Shown here in pieces: positions 24,997 to 39,772 of a DNA stretch of 64,000 nucleotides. The DNA lies in the NCBI RefSeq assembly GCF_009914755.1, contig NC_060926.1. One strand, 5' to 3'. A program made the position numbers and the translations under genes. Within the stretch, counting starts at the first letter, position 1; each line of letters starts with the position of its first letter. Under the pieces are notes generated by a model, which was not told the DNA's origin, ran no database searches, and saw only the letters and a program-made list of their open reading frames with translations. This stretch comes from the human T2T-CHM13v2.0 reference genome, Homo sapiens.

Positions 24997-26994
24997 TCTA
25001 TAGAATTACCATGATACTGAAACACTAGGTAGAAATTACTGAGTCAGAGCAAGGGCTAAAAAGAGGAATGTTTAGTCTTTCTCCTTAATTCAATAACTAT
25101 CCTATACTTTGTGGGCAGGTAGGGAGACCGAGGCACCCATTCTCATATTGTGAAGTTGGTAAAATTCAACTCTCTTGACTCTTATATTTTAGTTCCTTCT
25201 CTCCAATCCTGGGCAGCCCAGTAGTCACATGGCTGGAAATAATCCATTTTGATCATTTGCGGTGGAGTTAGAGACAAAATTCCTAACCAAGGGCTAGCTA
25301 CCAGAAAGGAATATTAAAGTATCATGACGGATGGAATCTCCATTAAAAGGAGATCTTAGTGGCCAATGTCAGATGCTTCTGTCCCCTCAATGGCATCCCA
25401 TCTAAGGGGATGTGTGATGAACTCACAGCCAGCCTTGACCAACAGCACCCTCCAAGGACAGCAAATATGATGGCTGGAGTCTGAACTGCCCTTAGACCCG
25501 CGGGAGGGCCCTTGCGCCAGGCCGTACACCAGAACCCAAAGACTTCCTTCAAAACATATTTTCGGTTGCATAGGAAAGTGTTTTGAAAGTTTAGCTGAAA
25601 ATTGAGCAAAAGGAAATAGTGGAAGAAGGTTGCCAGAGGATGCCATGAAGGGAGGAGGAAATCGCTGGCTTGCTCTTGGGATCCAGAGAAAGTGCTGCTT
25701 TTGTTTCAAGCTGACTTCCCCAAACTACCCGAAGTGAATGTCTAGGTAGGAGCTGGGTTCGCAGAATAACTGTGCCCCCTCCCTCCTCTTTGTGGAGAGG
25801 GTGTAGTTTTGGACCGGCTTAGAAATCCGGAGTGAGAAAAGTGAGGCGTGGAACTGGGGTGGGGACCTGTCACTCCAGGTGCTTGGTCCTAGTTCTCCCT
25901 AGTTGGGTCACTGTGTTACTGCTCAGGCTTGCAGCAGCCTGGATGAGCTGGGAAGGGGGTCCTTAGGTTTTGGGGTGAGGGGATCCCCTGGACACATTCC
26001 CTGGACACAAATAGGTAGGAATTCAGATTAACATTCTTAGGGGTACATTAAGTAACTTTGAGCTCTCTCAGCAGGTGCCATGTGAGTCTCCATGTGTGGT
26101 TGTGTTTTAAGCCCAGGAAGTGCTAGGAGTAAGCTGGAATAAGCTAGAACTCACAGCTGGTTCTTCCACATAGAGGTGGGTGACCTGTGTTCTGGGACCG
26201 CTTGATTTCTCCAGTTCATCTTCTGAACATGTCCCCTCTAGATATGTTATTCACACCGCCTTGGCTTTAGTCCAAGCTATTCTAGCTGGGGTACGGTCCT
26301 TTCCCTTCAAAGCAATCATTCATTCATCAAATTTTACACATCTATAGGTCTAAGTAAAACAAAAATTCTCAGAATTCTAGTTAATTACTGTTATTTGTAT
26401 GTGTGTGTATGTATACATATATGTGTGTACATATGCGCATATATTTTATTATGTTTTAAAAACTTGTCTCCTATATTTTCTAATTACGAGGAGTGTTGGG
26501 GTAGTGGATGTATGCAGGGTAAAAAAAATCAAAAGTTTTTTCAAACTCTCAAAAGTGGAGAAGTCTGCTTTGTCATCAGAATGTGTATTCCTAGGGCCTT
26601 CACATCTTTGGTCTGATTAAATCATTTTAATACCATCTCTAAGACAGCAAAGGCAAATGCTACAGTATTACGTTTAGTTCACAGATGGGAAATTGAGACA
26701 GGGAACTTAAAGTAGCAAATGTCCAGTGTTGCAAAACCAGTACCTGAACCAAACCTAGAACCCAGGTCTTTGACTTGTGGCTGATAAGTTGGGGTGCTTA
26801 AACCTTCCTGAATTCCATGGTGTCTTAGCATCTTTTCTTTTCTTCTTTTTGTTCACTTTAAATTTTAAATTAGTCAATTCTGTAATGTTAGTAACTGACC
26901 GTCTGCTCACACGGAAGTCATTTATTTGCTACTTTCAACCATTCAGAATGGAGTTAAGAATTTGGAATTACCTCTTAAACAGCTAAAATAGACA

Positions 26995-27445
26995 TCACGT
27001 TAGTTATCTATTGCTATTTAACAAAATTTCTTGAAGACTCAGTTGCCTGAACAATGATAATCATATATTCGCCCCAGTTTCTGAAGGCCAGCTGTTTAGG
27101 AGTGGCATGGCTGAGTGGTTGTAGCTCAGGTCTTTCATGAGGTTGCAGATAAGACGTCAGCCAGGGCTACTGTCATCTGAAGGCTCAACTAGGTCTGGGT
27201 GATCGGTTTCCAAGATGGCTTACAACTGGAAAATTGGTGCCATTGATTTAGCTATTGGCAGGGGAGCTCAGTTCCTGGCCACATGGACTCTCCACAGGGC
27301 AGCTTGATTGTGTCTTCCTGACATGGCAGCTGGCTTTCTCCAGAGTGTGTGATCACAAAGTTCATGATGGAAGCTGCAATACCTTTTATGATCTAGCCTT
27401 GGGATCTACCTCCCATAATTTCTACTGGTCAGTCCTGATTTAATA
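26995..27445 (-). mobile_element. MLT1 (F/G/H-like) MaLR LTR
   Basis: ttagttatctattgct...tctttcatgaggttgcag...tttccaagatggct...acatggcagctggctt. Confidence 0.7.
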
Positions 27446-28797
27446 GTTTAATATACTCTCAGGGCCTTATTTTTCCCCTTCTGTAAAATAAAGGTGTCCC
27501 TAGGTGACACACATTTTCCTTACAAAGCCAGCATTCTGTGACTTACAATAACTATGTGATAGAATCTTAGTGAAGGACATTCATGTGGCTGATAGTGCAG
27601 AGGTGAGAATGGCAATGATTCAAGGGCTAACACCTTTGCTGCCTGGGCTTTTCTTCACCATTTCCAAGTGAGACCCACAGTGAGATGGCCTGGGAACACA
27701 GCACTAGGACCTCTAATTCCAGCTCCATCATTGAATAGCTTTATGATCTTGGGCATTGACTGTCTTGGGATTTCTATCAGAGTATCAACCTCCCAAGATT
27801 GTAGTAAGGACAGTGCCAATGACAGGGTTTGGCGCATAGTGTTTGAGCAATAGCCTTTGATTATGATAACTTCTAACATGCTCCGTAGTGGACTGAGGAT
27901 GCATGAGAATCCTGGTCCACCAGCAACAGCAGGATAGAACATGGAGCCATGGTTTCTGAGCTCGTTATTAACAAAACATCTTAGTGAGGGCGGAGCAGTA
28001 ATTAGATTCTCCAGAAAACATTGGACTTCAGTTTCCTGGAAGTGCTTTTATAGCTTTGTAATACCACAGAAGTAAACATTTTTCTCTTCTGCAATTGAAG
28101 GGCTGAGTGAGTCCACTGAGCGTTCTCTTCTTTGGGAGTGTTTCCTTTGGATAACATTCAAAACAGCAAAATCCTATTACCCATTCCAGAGTGGAAAGCC
28201 CCATTTTGACTGTGTTTGGCCAAAGATTAACTTCAAATTAATACCTAATGAGCAGGCAACTTCTCTCAACATATTTATTAAAGTCATATTTCAAGATTTC
28301 TAATGTATATGGTTTTCACTTAGGACCTTTTTTCTGAATCATGGTCAAAATATATAGACGAATAAAAATGTAAAACTTTTTACACATAATCCCACTTATT
28401 TATGACTAAGCACTTATATTAGTAAATTTTTTTTTATTTGCAAGTGACAGCTTATCTCAAAGTAGCATAAGAGAGGGAGAGAGAGAGGAAAGAAAGAACC
28501 TATTGGCTCATAAAATGCTTGAGTAAGACTCAGAAACAGATGATAACAGCTTCAGGCATGGCTAGATCCAAGGGCCATTAGGGTGTTTTATCTCAGTGTT
28601 TCTTGGACAGGCATATTAGCCATTGGTAGCTCAAGGCATACCTTATATTTGCACAGCAGCCCACATGAGGAAAGATCACCTCCCCTGACATTTCTGGCTG
28701 AAAGAGCCCAGGGAACAGTCTGACTTGTTCAGCTTGTGTCCCGTGCTCCTCCCTGGGCCTGTCACTGTGTCCATGAGGATGATGTCATCTATCTGAT

Positions 28798-29062
28798 GAG
28801 ACCAGCCTGGCCAACATGATGAAACCCCGCCTCTACTAAAAATACAAAAATTAGCTGGGTGTGGTGGTGGGCGCCTGAAGTCCCAGTTACTTGGAAGGCA
28901 GAGGCGTGAGAATTGCTTGAACCTGAGAGGTGGAGGTTGCAGTTAGCCGAGATTGTGCCACTGCCCTCCAGCCTGGGCGACAGAGCTAGACTCTGTCTCA
29001 AATAAAACAAAACAAAATAAAATAAAATAAAATAATAAATAAATAAATAAATAAATAAACTA
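28798..29062 (+). mobile_element. 5'-truncated AluS with (AAAAC)(AAAAT)(AAAT)n tail
   Basis: Starts mid left monomer at gagaccagcctggccaac. Confidence 0.92.
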
Positions 29063-32000
29063 AATAATCTGCTTGATGAGGCCTGAGAGACACGTCCTCA
29101 CGTCCCTAACCATTCTACAACTCAAATAGTGTCAGTCTGCCTTTGCATCAATGTCTCCTCATTTCTACAAATAGTAAGAAAAATATTCTTCTGGTTTATT
29201 TCTTAACGCTGTCATGTAGGTAAATTGATGATCAGGTGATTGCCTTCCGTCGTGTGCTTGATTTTTCTGGGAGTGCAGTGTTGCATGGCAAAGACAGGTA
29301 GAGACATCTACAATGTTAAGTAAGACGCAGGCTTCCAAACCCAAGGCCGGCCACTCTAGCTGGGATTCTTGGAGGGGTATGGCTCCTCTTCCCTTCTCTT
29401 TTTGGGATAGAGAGAGAGCTCCGTCTCTTCCTGAGTTTTTAAGTCCCTGGCTATTTCATCCAGAGCCCAAAGTAGAAAGTCAGGTTAATGTGAAAAGCTT
29501 GATATGTATTCTTGATAAAAACTCAAAGCCTTTGCAGAGTCTTGCATTGGTTGAAATCAGGGGCTGGCGCCTCCAAATGAAAGGCAGCCACCATTCGTGT
29601 TGACTGACGCTCAAAGCCATGCCATTTCTGACGAGTCTATGTCCAATGCCAAGTCTGTGGTGTTTTTTTTTTTTTTTTTTTCCCTTTTCAGAAATGAAGG
29701 AGTGGAATCACTGGGGATACCTCCCGCAATAGGAAAGCCCCTTGAGAACTGAAACAAGTCATCTGTTTCTCAGGAGGAGCTGACCAAGAGCCCCCTCCTT
29801 TCGTGTGAATTTAAATTCCCCTTTTCATGAGACTTTTCTTAAAGACAAGGAAAAAAAGCTATCAGGGGAAAATGAATAATATGACATCGAAAGTATTGAA
29901 AGGCTTGAAATGATCCCACATGTGTCATCTGACTTTGAGAGGTGAAGGGGCTCCCGTCTGTACGTAGAGAGGCTGGCGTGCTGCCTGGATTACTTGTCTG
30001 ATGTCACATGCTAATGGGATCCCAGCTAGAATGCTGGCAACTCTGACTGTAACAACCTCAGACACCTTTGCGCACAGCTTCAGTTTCAAATTAATTTTCA
30101 CATCCTCCTTAGGAAACTGGGCCCTCCGTAATCAACAGAACTCTGCATCGCACATCCTAACATTGAAACTCACCTGAGCACAAGGATCCTACAGTTCTCC
30201 TAGACAGACCTCAAGAACCCGCACAGACCCTCGGGGCACACTCCCCTGTGTGTTTTGGAACAAATAGTCACTCTCTGTGTTTTCAAATGTCCTTTGGCCT
30301 TTTGTCAAATCCACACTGACCTCTTTTCAAATGCGTGTGGTCAGTGTTATTTTTCAAAGGCCCTTTGAAGTTTGCTTTGTTGCCTTCCCTCCCTGTGGGT
30401 CACAGAGCAATTACTGGAAGATTTGTGGGAGGCCGCTTTTGGCTTTGTGTACATGTGAACGCCTGTTTATAAATCAGGTGAGTTAAGAACTGTGATGTGG
30501 GGGTCCCCAGCTTCCAGCTAGCAGCAGCTTCCCAATTCCTTCTGCGTGAGGATCACCAGAAAATAACCAAAGCCAAAATTTCATTCTGAGTCTGTGGGGT
30601 TTTCTACAACAGGTCCCGTGTCTTCTTTCTTGGCCCCATCCTTCCCTGTGGCTTCCCTCTCCTTGGAGTTAAATACTGGCTGGATGTCAGGCTGGGGACC
30701 CTCAGTGCACCCCACTGGCCCAAGTGGGGCACCGGGAGCGTGTTCCAGGCCTGCCAAGGTGGCAGTGTGTGCATCCCCTCTCTCAGGGTTCTTCTAGCTG
30801 TAATTTCAAGATTGGGAGCTTTTCCTGACAGCGCAGAGTCCACTTGCCCTACATTTAATTGACTTCACAAACTTTCAGTTCCCTGTCTGTAAATGGGGTT
30901 AGTATGTAAATGGGACTGCTGCAAGGATACATGAGAGAATACCTATGGGATTAGAGGGACCCTTGTCCTCACCACTCCATCAGGCAAGGAGGGAAGCCCC
31001 CGTCAGATTAATTGGATAACTGGAGCTGCCTGCAGTCATAAAACGAAATCATGTTTGTATAGGGACCTCTACGATCCAGACACATCACTTCATTGCATCC
31101 TCATGCCCATCCTGTGCGGAGGTTATGGTTGTTACCTCATTTTGACAATGAAGCATCAAAGGTTGAGAGGTAAAGAGACTTTTCACTCTGTAACCTATCT
31201 TTTTCCCACTAGGGTGGAACCACTCATAAATAACTGTATTCATAAAATGTTACAGTTCCGTGGGAAACAACGCAACTTGGCAACTCGTAGAAAGACTTTG
31301 TGAGACTATGTGGGGCTATTTGTATCTTAAGCTAATTGAGGCAAAGAGCTAGGGAAGGAGACGGGCTTTCTATCACAGCCCTGCCTCCGTCCTTTCCTTA
31401 TGAGGATTCCAGACTCTCCCACATATCGTGTACCTGATGACAAGGCACAGGATAAGGTGACCAGAGGTGCTCAGACAGTGGCTTTCTCACCAGAGGTAAT
31501 GACATTCTGATCAAGATTGGATTGATCACTGGCTCTTCTCATGCCACATTTTCACATCAAGTGTTGAAGGCCACTGTCTTCTTCTTTGTCCTGTGGTTAC
31601 ACAACATTGAGTGGAGGAATGTTCTGGCCGTGTGTCCACACAGCCTTGAGGCATCCCAAGAGAGTGGGAAGATCAAAGATTTGGGAATCAGAAAAAGCAA
31701 GTGAGAAGACCAGTGCTGTCATCCAACAGCTGTGTGCCTGGAATCACTCTGACCTGTCTCAACTTCATTTTACTCTTTTGTAATATGGGTTTTTGACACC
31801 TACATTGCATGGCTATTGTGAGGATTTAATGAGATAAAGTATGTAAAGTTCTTGTCACAGAAGACAGTCAACAAGTTAAAGCTGACATGTCCTTCCACCT
31901 CGAGGGTCTCAAACCTCAAGTGCATGCTGTCTCTATCTCTCTCTCTCTCTGTCCCCTCTCATCGTACCCTTACACCCTTTGGACAATTATGTGACCTCTC

Positions 32001-35000
32001 AGAGCCTCAGTGTCTTCAACTCTAATAGAGAATCACAGAGTTGCTGGAATGCCCAGGACAACGAAATTCTAAATTAATGCTTTCAATCCCAGGTGCAGTT
32101 TCCCTGTGTTTGTGCAGGGCTGGGCCGAGTTAGGAGCCTGAATCTCTCTCCACCTCCATGGCTTCTCCAGGAGGCTTCATCTTGCTGCGGAGGTGGACTG
32201 CAGATGGCCACTGCCACCACTCCTCAGAGGGCATGTTATACTGGTGGAGTTAATAACTGACACCTGGGAGATTAGGTCTGTGGCTCTCCTTTCTCTCTAG
32301 TGATGATCAGTTCTATCCATGGGGACTCAGAACGGAGGGCCAGAGAGGACTGCAGAAACAAAGTCCAGAGATGTGAAGTGACTTGTCCAAGATCCCAAAG
32401 CTTGTCCATGTCTGAATCACGATAAACAACTTCAGGGATGGTCTCTCTATGATATTTAAAACAGTGTGTGTTGTCTTCTGCTTTTCCTTTGATTTGGAGC
32501 CTGCTGTTATAACACTGTCTTGTTGGACTGCCACGTGTCCACTGGGAATTGCTCCCAGAGCAGAATTGGACTCAGCAGGGCTGCAGCGGAGTGTGGTGAA
32601 AGGACTGCTGAACAGGGTGGGGAGCAGAGGTCTGAGGGCCAGTCTCCCTATCCACTGCTGACTTTTCTTGGGTATTTGAGGTTTTCCTAGGTTTAAATTA
32701 GTTGAATAAAATAGATAGTTTTCAGGCCTTTTGATTGTTCAATGCTCTGGAATTGGAGCCCTTTGGACAGAAGAAATTTACATGTCACCTTAAAACATAC
32801 ATAAAAAAGTGCAAAGCTGCTCCAGTTGAAGTTAGAAGAGGAAAGCAAGAACCTCTTTCCCTGGGCACCCCTGAAGCACATTGCGGAACCCTGGGCCTCC
32901 TCAGAGCACAGTCTGGAAACCTCCAGACTGGAGGCCTCTAAGATCTTCTGGTGGGATGATAAGTGTGAGATGCATCCAGAGGTACTACCAAAGATCTTCA
33001 CTTCTCCAGGGTCCTCCCAGGAATATACATTTGTCTCAGAAGCCAGCAAACTCCCTTGTCTTCCCTTCACTTCCTGCCCATGTGCCAAGGTGGTAGGTTT
33101 CAGAGTTAATGGAAAGCTGGGACTTGACCCTGTTCCTCAAGGAGCTTATTCTTAAACTTTCAAGGCAGATGCCCCACGAATGTTTGAAAAATAGATGAAA
33201 ACACCTCTTTTGAGGGATACAGAAGCCAAAAACTGTGCCTAGCACCCAGTCCTCAGTAAGAAGTACATTTGGCATGGTGCCCAGAGCATATATGCTTATC
33301 CATATGAATGCCATAAAAAACCTGGAGAGAATCCATTCTCTTTGTTTCATTAAAAAGATGCTGGTGGTGAGCCACTGACGTGCTTTTGTGATCCCTTAAT
33401 GGGTTGTGCTCTGGAGAACGCTGGCACGGGTGTGCTCACTGGTTACTCCCTGCAACCACACTGGGGTCACATTTAGGTCTCTTTTGCTACATCTAAGGTC
33501 AGCAAACTATGACCCACTGACAAACTGTGGGTGGTCACCTACTTCTGTATGGCTCAGGGACACTCTGCAAGCGCTGTGAGCTGCAGGACCCAAGCTGAGG
33601 TGGTTCCATCTGTCCCTGTCCCCTACTTGGCTTCCAGCACCTGCCTCCCCTGCCAGAGGACTCACCTTCCTGCCACACAGGGCCCATGCTGGTCACTCCT
33701 ACAGCATGGGGGCTCTGCTGTTGCAATGCGGGGCGCCAGGCTGCAGAATCTAAGTCTGGGAATTGGTGACGTGTTAGCTTCACTTCCGTTCAGCTGTCCA
33801 GAGGGAGGGGGCCGGGATCTCCAGGAGGAGCTGGTTTGGTTGTCCCTGGGGCAAAGAGAGAAAATGACCGTGGTGGCCAAGTCCCCTTCAACTCCCTAAG
33901 CCCACTGAGCTGGCTTGCCAGGCCCCTCCCTCCATCAGGCTGCCCTTCTTCCCAGGACCGTCTCCAGTGGGTTCAGGGCACACTGTGCCTGCCCACAGGA
34001 AGCCCACCCCAGGCAGATAGGGCCAGGCATGCAGAGGTTTCTCTCTTGTTATAGAAGTATCTACATTATATAAATACACACACATATATCATATATATTT
34101 TATGTATATATAACATATGAAATATGCTTCTTGGCCTACAGTGTCTAAAATATTTACTATTTTAGAAATGTTTGCCTCTCCCAGTGCTACCTGATTATGG
34201 CTGTGCGTTACATGACCCTATAAAGATTTAACTGCTTTTAATAACAATAAACAATAATATTAGCTACCATTTATTGAGGCTCAGAAAGGTTGAGTAACTT
34301 GCCTAAAGTCACACAGCTAGTAAATGGCAGAGCGGGATCTTGCAGTGATGGTTTCGAGGGAGAGGAGAATCACTGACAGACTTGGTTCCTGCCATGCAGA
34401 TGCAGGCGTCCCCTGGGACTTCAGCTTCTCCAGGGCCACCCTCACTCCAGAACTGCTGGTCAGCTCTGTGACCCATCTCTCCTCATGAGCTTGCTCTGGG
34501 GTGGCTGCCAAAGCTTCTTTTTAATTATTATGGTCATGCGTGAGAACACTGGGGCCAGAAGCTTCTATTTTTCCAGCGTTTTCTTTCCTGTGGGGCCTCC
34601 CAGCTTCAGCCATTCCTTTGTAACTTGGCTGACACCCCTCCAGTTTCCACTTCACTTCATGGGTTCAGAGAAGAGACCATGGTTGCTAAGCCCTGCTGAG
34701 TGTCATTTCTGGTGTGTCAGAGTTGACAATTCTCCTGCTTCTTGACTACTCCTGACTCATCTTTACAGAACAGACACATCTCACTTCTTGAGCATCACTG
34801 AAGAATGTTCTGTAAAGTAAAATTTCCAGGAAACAGAGCTTACTGCTCAGAACACTCAACTTTAGAAACTTGGAACTATTTTGCACATTAATCTTTGCAG
34901 AATCAATTTCACCATGGCTTGCACTCTGAAGCAGAGCTCATGGCACACATTTAACCTTTTCTGAAAACTTAGTACACCCACGCATTCTTAAGCAGAGGTC

Positions 35001-36676
35001 ATTGCATACATTTAATCTTTTCTTGGTAACTTAACACGTCCATTGAAAACAGTAGTGATTATGTATGCCGCAGCAGACAGACAGCATGAGATGGTGGTGA
35101 CCTTAAGAAATTTATATAAGATCTTGAGGTTTCTGACTCTTCATCTGTGAATGGGGAAAAGAGTAGTTCTGAACCTGTGGGATTAGGGGAGGGGGAAATG
35201 AGATAATACATGGAAAGCCCTTGGCATGAGGCTTGGCACATAGTGCCCTAGGATCCCCTGGCAGGAGCGTCTTAAACGTGATTGCTAGGGCCCCATCCAA
35301 GGCCAGCCAGATCAATATCTCCAGGGCTGCTGCTGCTCCAGCATCGAGGCTTCTGTTTTCATCTGAGCTCAGCTGCAGCTCTAGTTGGCAACCAGAGATT
35401 CTAGGTGTGTCCAGGTGTTTGCCCCAACACTAAATTCCCCATCCTGCTGAAGCTTTGAGAGTTCATATTTTCTTTTTGGAGTTCTTTTCTGCCTCCTCCG
35501 TTTCCTAATGCTCTTACAAGCAGCTGATATTTACTAAGGGCCAGTCTCCTAGGCACTGACTGCACTGAGCACTTTGATCAAACACTTTTGTGACTCTTTC
35601 ACCTTCACCCCAACCTGGTCCCAGGTGGCCACAGTGTTGTTCTCAGGGCCGTGCAGGTGCCCATAGGGTGCATGCCCCTTAAATTTGGGGCCTTAGGCAC
35701 CTGCTTGCCTTCCCCTAGTTCCAGCCCCAGCCCACCGAGCCCCTGCTCTATTTTCCCCCCTTCATTCTCCACCAGAGTCAGAATCCACGTGGTTTTCTCA
35801 CTGGTGTGCCAGCCCTTAGAACTGTGCTTGCACACAGTAGGTACTCATGAGTGCATGAGCAAGCGAGTGAGCCCCACAGGGACCCTGTGCATTAGGTTCC
35901 ATCATTATGCATCATTCCTCTTTTCAGATGAGGAAGCTGAGGCACTCACAGGCTAAATAATTTGCCCAAGGTCCTCAGTAAGTGGAGGCTCCACCCTGGC
36001 TCTGAGGTCTTGGCCCTCGCAGACTGCTTCCTGATTCTGTCACTTTGGCTGCCCTGAGACGCTCTGGCTTGCAAAGGGCTCCTCAGTCCGGGAAACCAGT
36101 CAACATATTTCTAAAAGGAATTGTGTGATAAGTAAGAGGCCCTGAGTATCTAGGGAGTGTTTTCTCCCTCCCTTTTCCTAACAAGATAAGCCCCGCTATT
36201 ATTTTCCAACAGATAAAACTGTGAGCTGAGGAAATTTGAAATTTTCTTAATTCTCAGCCCAGTTCTTGACCCAGTTCCTGTTATCCACCACCCAGCAGTG
36301 GTGTTTGTCCCTGGGCTGCTGGTTGCCTCTGATGGCTCATTTAGCCTCAGGGAAAGGTGGAAGAAAATGAAAACATCCCAGAGGGAGAGTTAGGCCTCCC
36401 AAGAGCGAGTGGCTGCCCCCCTCCAGCTCACAGGTATCTGGCCAGGGTGGGGGCACCGCTGTGTTGTAGACATGCTCCTTAAAGAGTGCTTTGTTCCCAC
36501 TTGGAGTAGGGGACCCTCCCTCATAGGGCTGTGGCCTCTCTGCCAGCCAGGAAGGGCCTGAAGTCTGATGGAGGAGGGCATCTGAGGACAGGGTCTGAGA
36601 GTACACGGTGTGCTGGCCTGCTCTGTGGCTGGGGTCCTTGGGCGACTGCAGGCTGAGGCTGCTCAGCAGTGAGGAA

Positions 36677-36735
36677 TGCTGAGTCAAGAGGATGAACAGC
36701 TTCTTTCTGAGAAGCCAGGGTGATCGCTGAGTCAT
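36677..36735. promoter_or_regulatory. Tandem AP-1/ARE (MARE-like) motifs
   Basis: TGCTGAGTCA 36677-36686 and GCTGAGTCAT 36726-36735. GGAATG (TEAD) overlaps the first. Confidence 0.45.
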
Positions 36736-36840
36736 GCCACTCTTGGCTAACACATGTGCAGCCTGCCCGGGGCTTTAGGGCTGAGCATAACCAGTCCTGC
36801 TTTTTATCTTCTCTTTCTCAACCCCATCTCTTCTTCAGGA

Positions 36841-36941
36841 AACATTTACCAGATGTGTGGCTTGAGTGTCCATTCCCGCAACAAAAACGCTCTGCAGTAA
36901 AGCTCCGAGATGGCTGTGTTTGTGTTGGACTGCTCTAGATG
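36841..36941 (+). other. IL1R1: Candidate most-distal IL1R1 non-coding first exon
   Basis: Donor-like ATG|GTAACT at 36941/36942 in unique sequence. Position agrees with my recollection of an IL1R1 transcript starting ~36 kb past the IL1R2 end. Not verifiable here. Confidence 0.3.
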
Positions 36942-38589
36942 GTAACTTTGAACTGTGTCTTTCTGCTACTGCCTAGCTGCCTCCTTGCTCTCAGGGAAAG
37001 AGCTTCATTTTATTGCAAACGTATGATTAAAGTCATACATGGTCAATATTCTGAACTTTCTATCAGTTCTTAGCATCCCCACGAGGAAGCCTGGCTAATA
37101 ATGGTGTAAACACAGTGATGGGGCTGTGTGGACTCTGAACTCGCTTCCAGGAATCTCTGAGCTGGGAGTCTGGTGACATGAATTCCATGTGCCGTGTTTT
37201 ATTCATACCGCCCTGAAGTAAGAGCCATAGAGTTTAACCCCCTACAGAGTGGCTTGTTTCTAATTGATAGGGCTGATTGCCCATCATGAGGGTGGGCCTT
37301 TTTTATTGGACTTATTAAGAGACAATAGACTATGTGCATGCAGCCCAGAGTGCATAGAGCAATTTTGAGCCAGTCACGGACACGGAGAGCGGAGGGGAAG
37401 GGATAATGGGGCCGTGAGAGGCTCTCCTGCCCTAGGGTACCTCTCTTCCCTGGTATCATGCCCTCATTTCATGGTTGAGGAGAGGAGGAGGTAATGGGAT
37501 CAGGGAGAGGGTGCACTTGGGAAGAAGAGGGTATATTTCTGGGAAGCCTCATGTAACATGAATGTGTGGTGCAGAGGGCCTGGAGGAAAGTCGCAGTGAC
37601 TTTGGTATGGGGCAGAGAAGATCATGAACATGGGCACTGTGATAGTGGGGCTGACTTGATACCACCCGCTCCCACTGCCCTCCCACCGCCCTCCCTGTTC
37701 TCCAGCTTGTTTGAGGAGTGGTCTGAGCCCTCACCATGTCAATGCTTCACAGCTTCTCCCAACGTCTCAGTGCTGTTGCGTCTGCCTTCTGAAGCGTGTT
37801 AAATGTGCATTTCCCTCCGTGTCCACTGCCTTAGCCTGGAGCCCCTTCATCAAGCCCCGGGGACTGTTGTTCCAGCTACTAACTGGTCTCCCTGCCTCTA
37901 CTTTCCCCTGCTCCAACCCTCTCCCAGCTTCCTAGACAGGGCATCTTTCTGAAGCACAGATCCCTCCTGACAGAGTCTTCCGTGGGAGAAAAAATTAACA
38001 ACCTGTTATCAAGCATGGCCCCTGAGCCTTTGTCCCCCTGCGGAATGGGGCAGATCCCACTCAGAGGGCAGCACCCTTCCCAGGTTGCTCAAGACCCCTC
38101 ATCCCCACTTAAGGGGACTAGGGGATTGCATGTGCGGGGCAGGGGCACTGCAGGGAGCACCTGGAGGAGTCCTAACCAGCAGCACCTCACTGGTGCTACA
38201 CTGCCCAGCTGCTCTCGGTGAGTCAGCACACTGTGGTTGAGCAATGCGAGCCCAGAGGCAGAGTCCAACGTGCTTTGCAGGACTTAGAGGCATTTCCCGG
38301 ACTCGCGGAGACCTACCTTTCTATTGACTCTCTCTATTTTTTTTTTTTAAACAGTGGCCACCACCCTCCCCCAACCTTGTGCCTTTCCTGGAGCCCCGTC
38401 TGCTTTTTTCCTTGCATGTTTTGCACATGCTGTTGGCTTCTGCCATGTGCTTCGTCCTCTTCTCTGTCCAGTGCAGCCCTTTCTGACTTTTCAGTCCCTG
38501 CCCAGCTGCAAAGTCTTCCTTCACCCCTTGGGTGCTTTGTGCGCTTGTTTGTTGTAGTGCTTCTCAGGTCTTGTTTTATTTTCTCAATC

Positions 38590-39330
38590 TGATTTTTAAA
38601 GATGAACTTATTTTGTTCTAATTCACAAACAAGAAAATGCACCTGTTTTAAGTGTGCAGTTTGACGAATTTTGAAAAATGTATAGACCTGTGTAATAACC
38701 ACAACAGGCAAGATATAGGATATTTCTAACCCCTCAAAAGATTCCCTTCTGCCCCTTCCTGGTCAATTCCCCTTACCCCAGTCCTACAAAATTATTGGTT
38801 TGATTTCTATCATTATAGATTTGAAGGTCTTTCCTGGAGCTTCATATAAATGGAGCATAGAGTACGTGCTTGTGTGTGTCTAGTTTCTTGCACTCAGAAT
38901 GATGTTTTGGGATTCATCCATGTTGTGTGCGCCAGTAGATCATGAGCACTATTCAATTGTGTGACTGTGCCACAGTTAGTTTACCAGTTCTCCTGCAGCT
39001 TGGGCACTTTCTAATTTTGGGCTATTATTTTTAAACTTACTCTGCAGTACAGCTGTTTCATGGGCAGATATTTTTATTCTCTTGAGTAGACACCTAGGAA
39101 TGGAACTACTGAGTCAAAGACAGGCATATATTTAGTTTTATATGAAAGTGCCAGCATTCCCCCCCGAGTGGCTGCAGCATTGCACATTCTCCCCAGCAGC
39201 GCAGAGAGCTCTGGTTGCTCCGCATCTTTGCCGACATTTGTTCTTGCCCATCTTCTAAATTTTAGCCGTTCTGATAGGTGTGCAGCACTCGCTTGTTGCG
39301 TTAATTTACATTCCCCTTTATCACAGTGTA
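38590..39330 (-). mobile_element. L1ME/L1MB 3' fragment
   Basis: aaaatgcacctgttttaagtgtgcagtttgacgaattttg and remnants of the ORF2 end. Confidence 0.75.
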
Positions 39331-39468
39331 TTTTAATTATCTGCTTAAGAGTCAGTCTCACCCGTCAGAATTCAGTGCAGGGAAACTGCATTCACTTTTG
39401 CTGGTTGAATGAACAGTCTGAACGCCACATGGTCCTTTTCCTCACTCCACTTAAAATCAAACAGGGAC

Positions 39469-39772
<304 letters not shown>

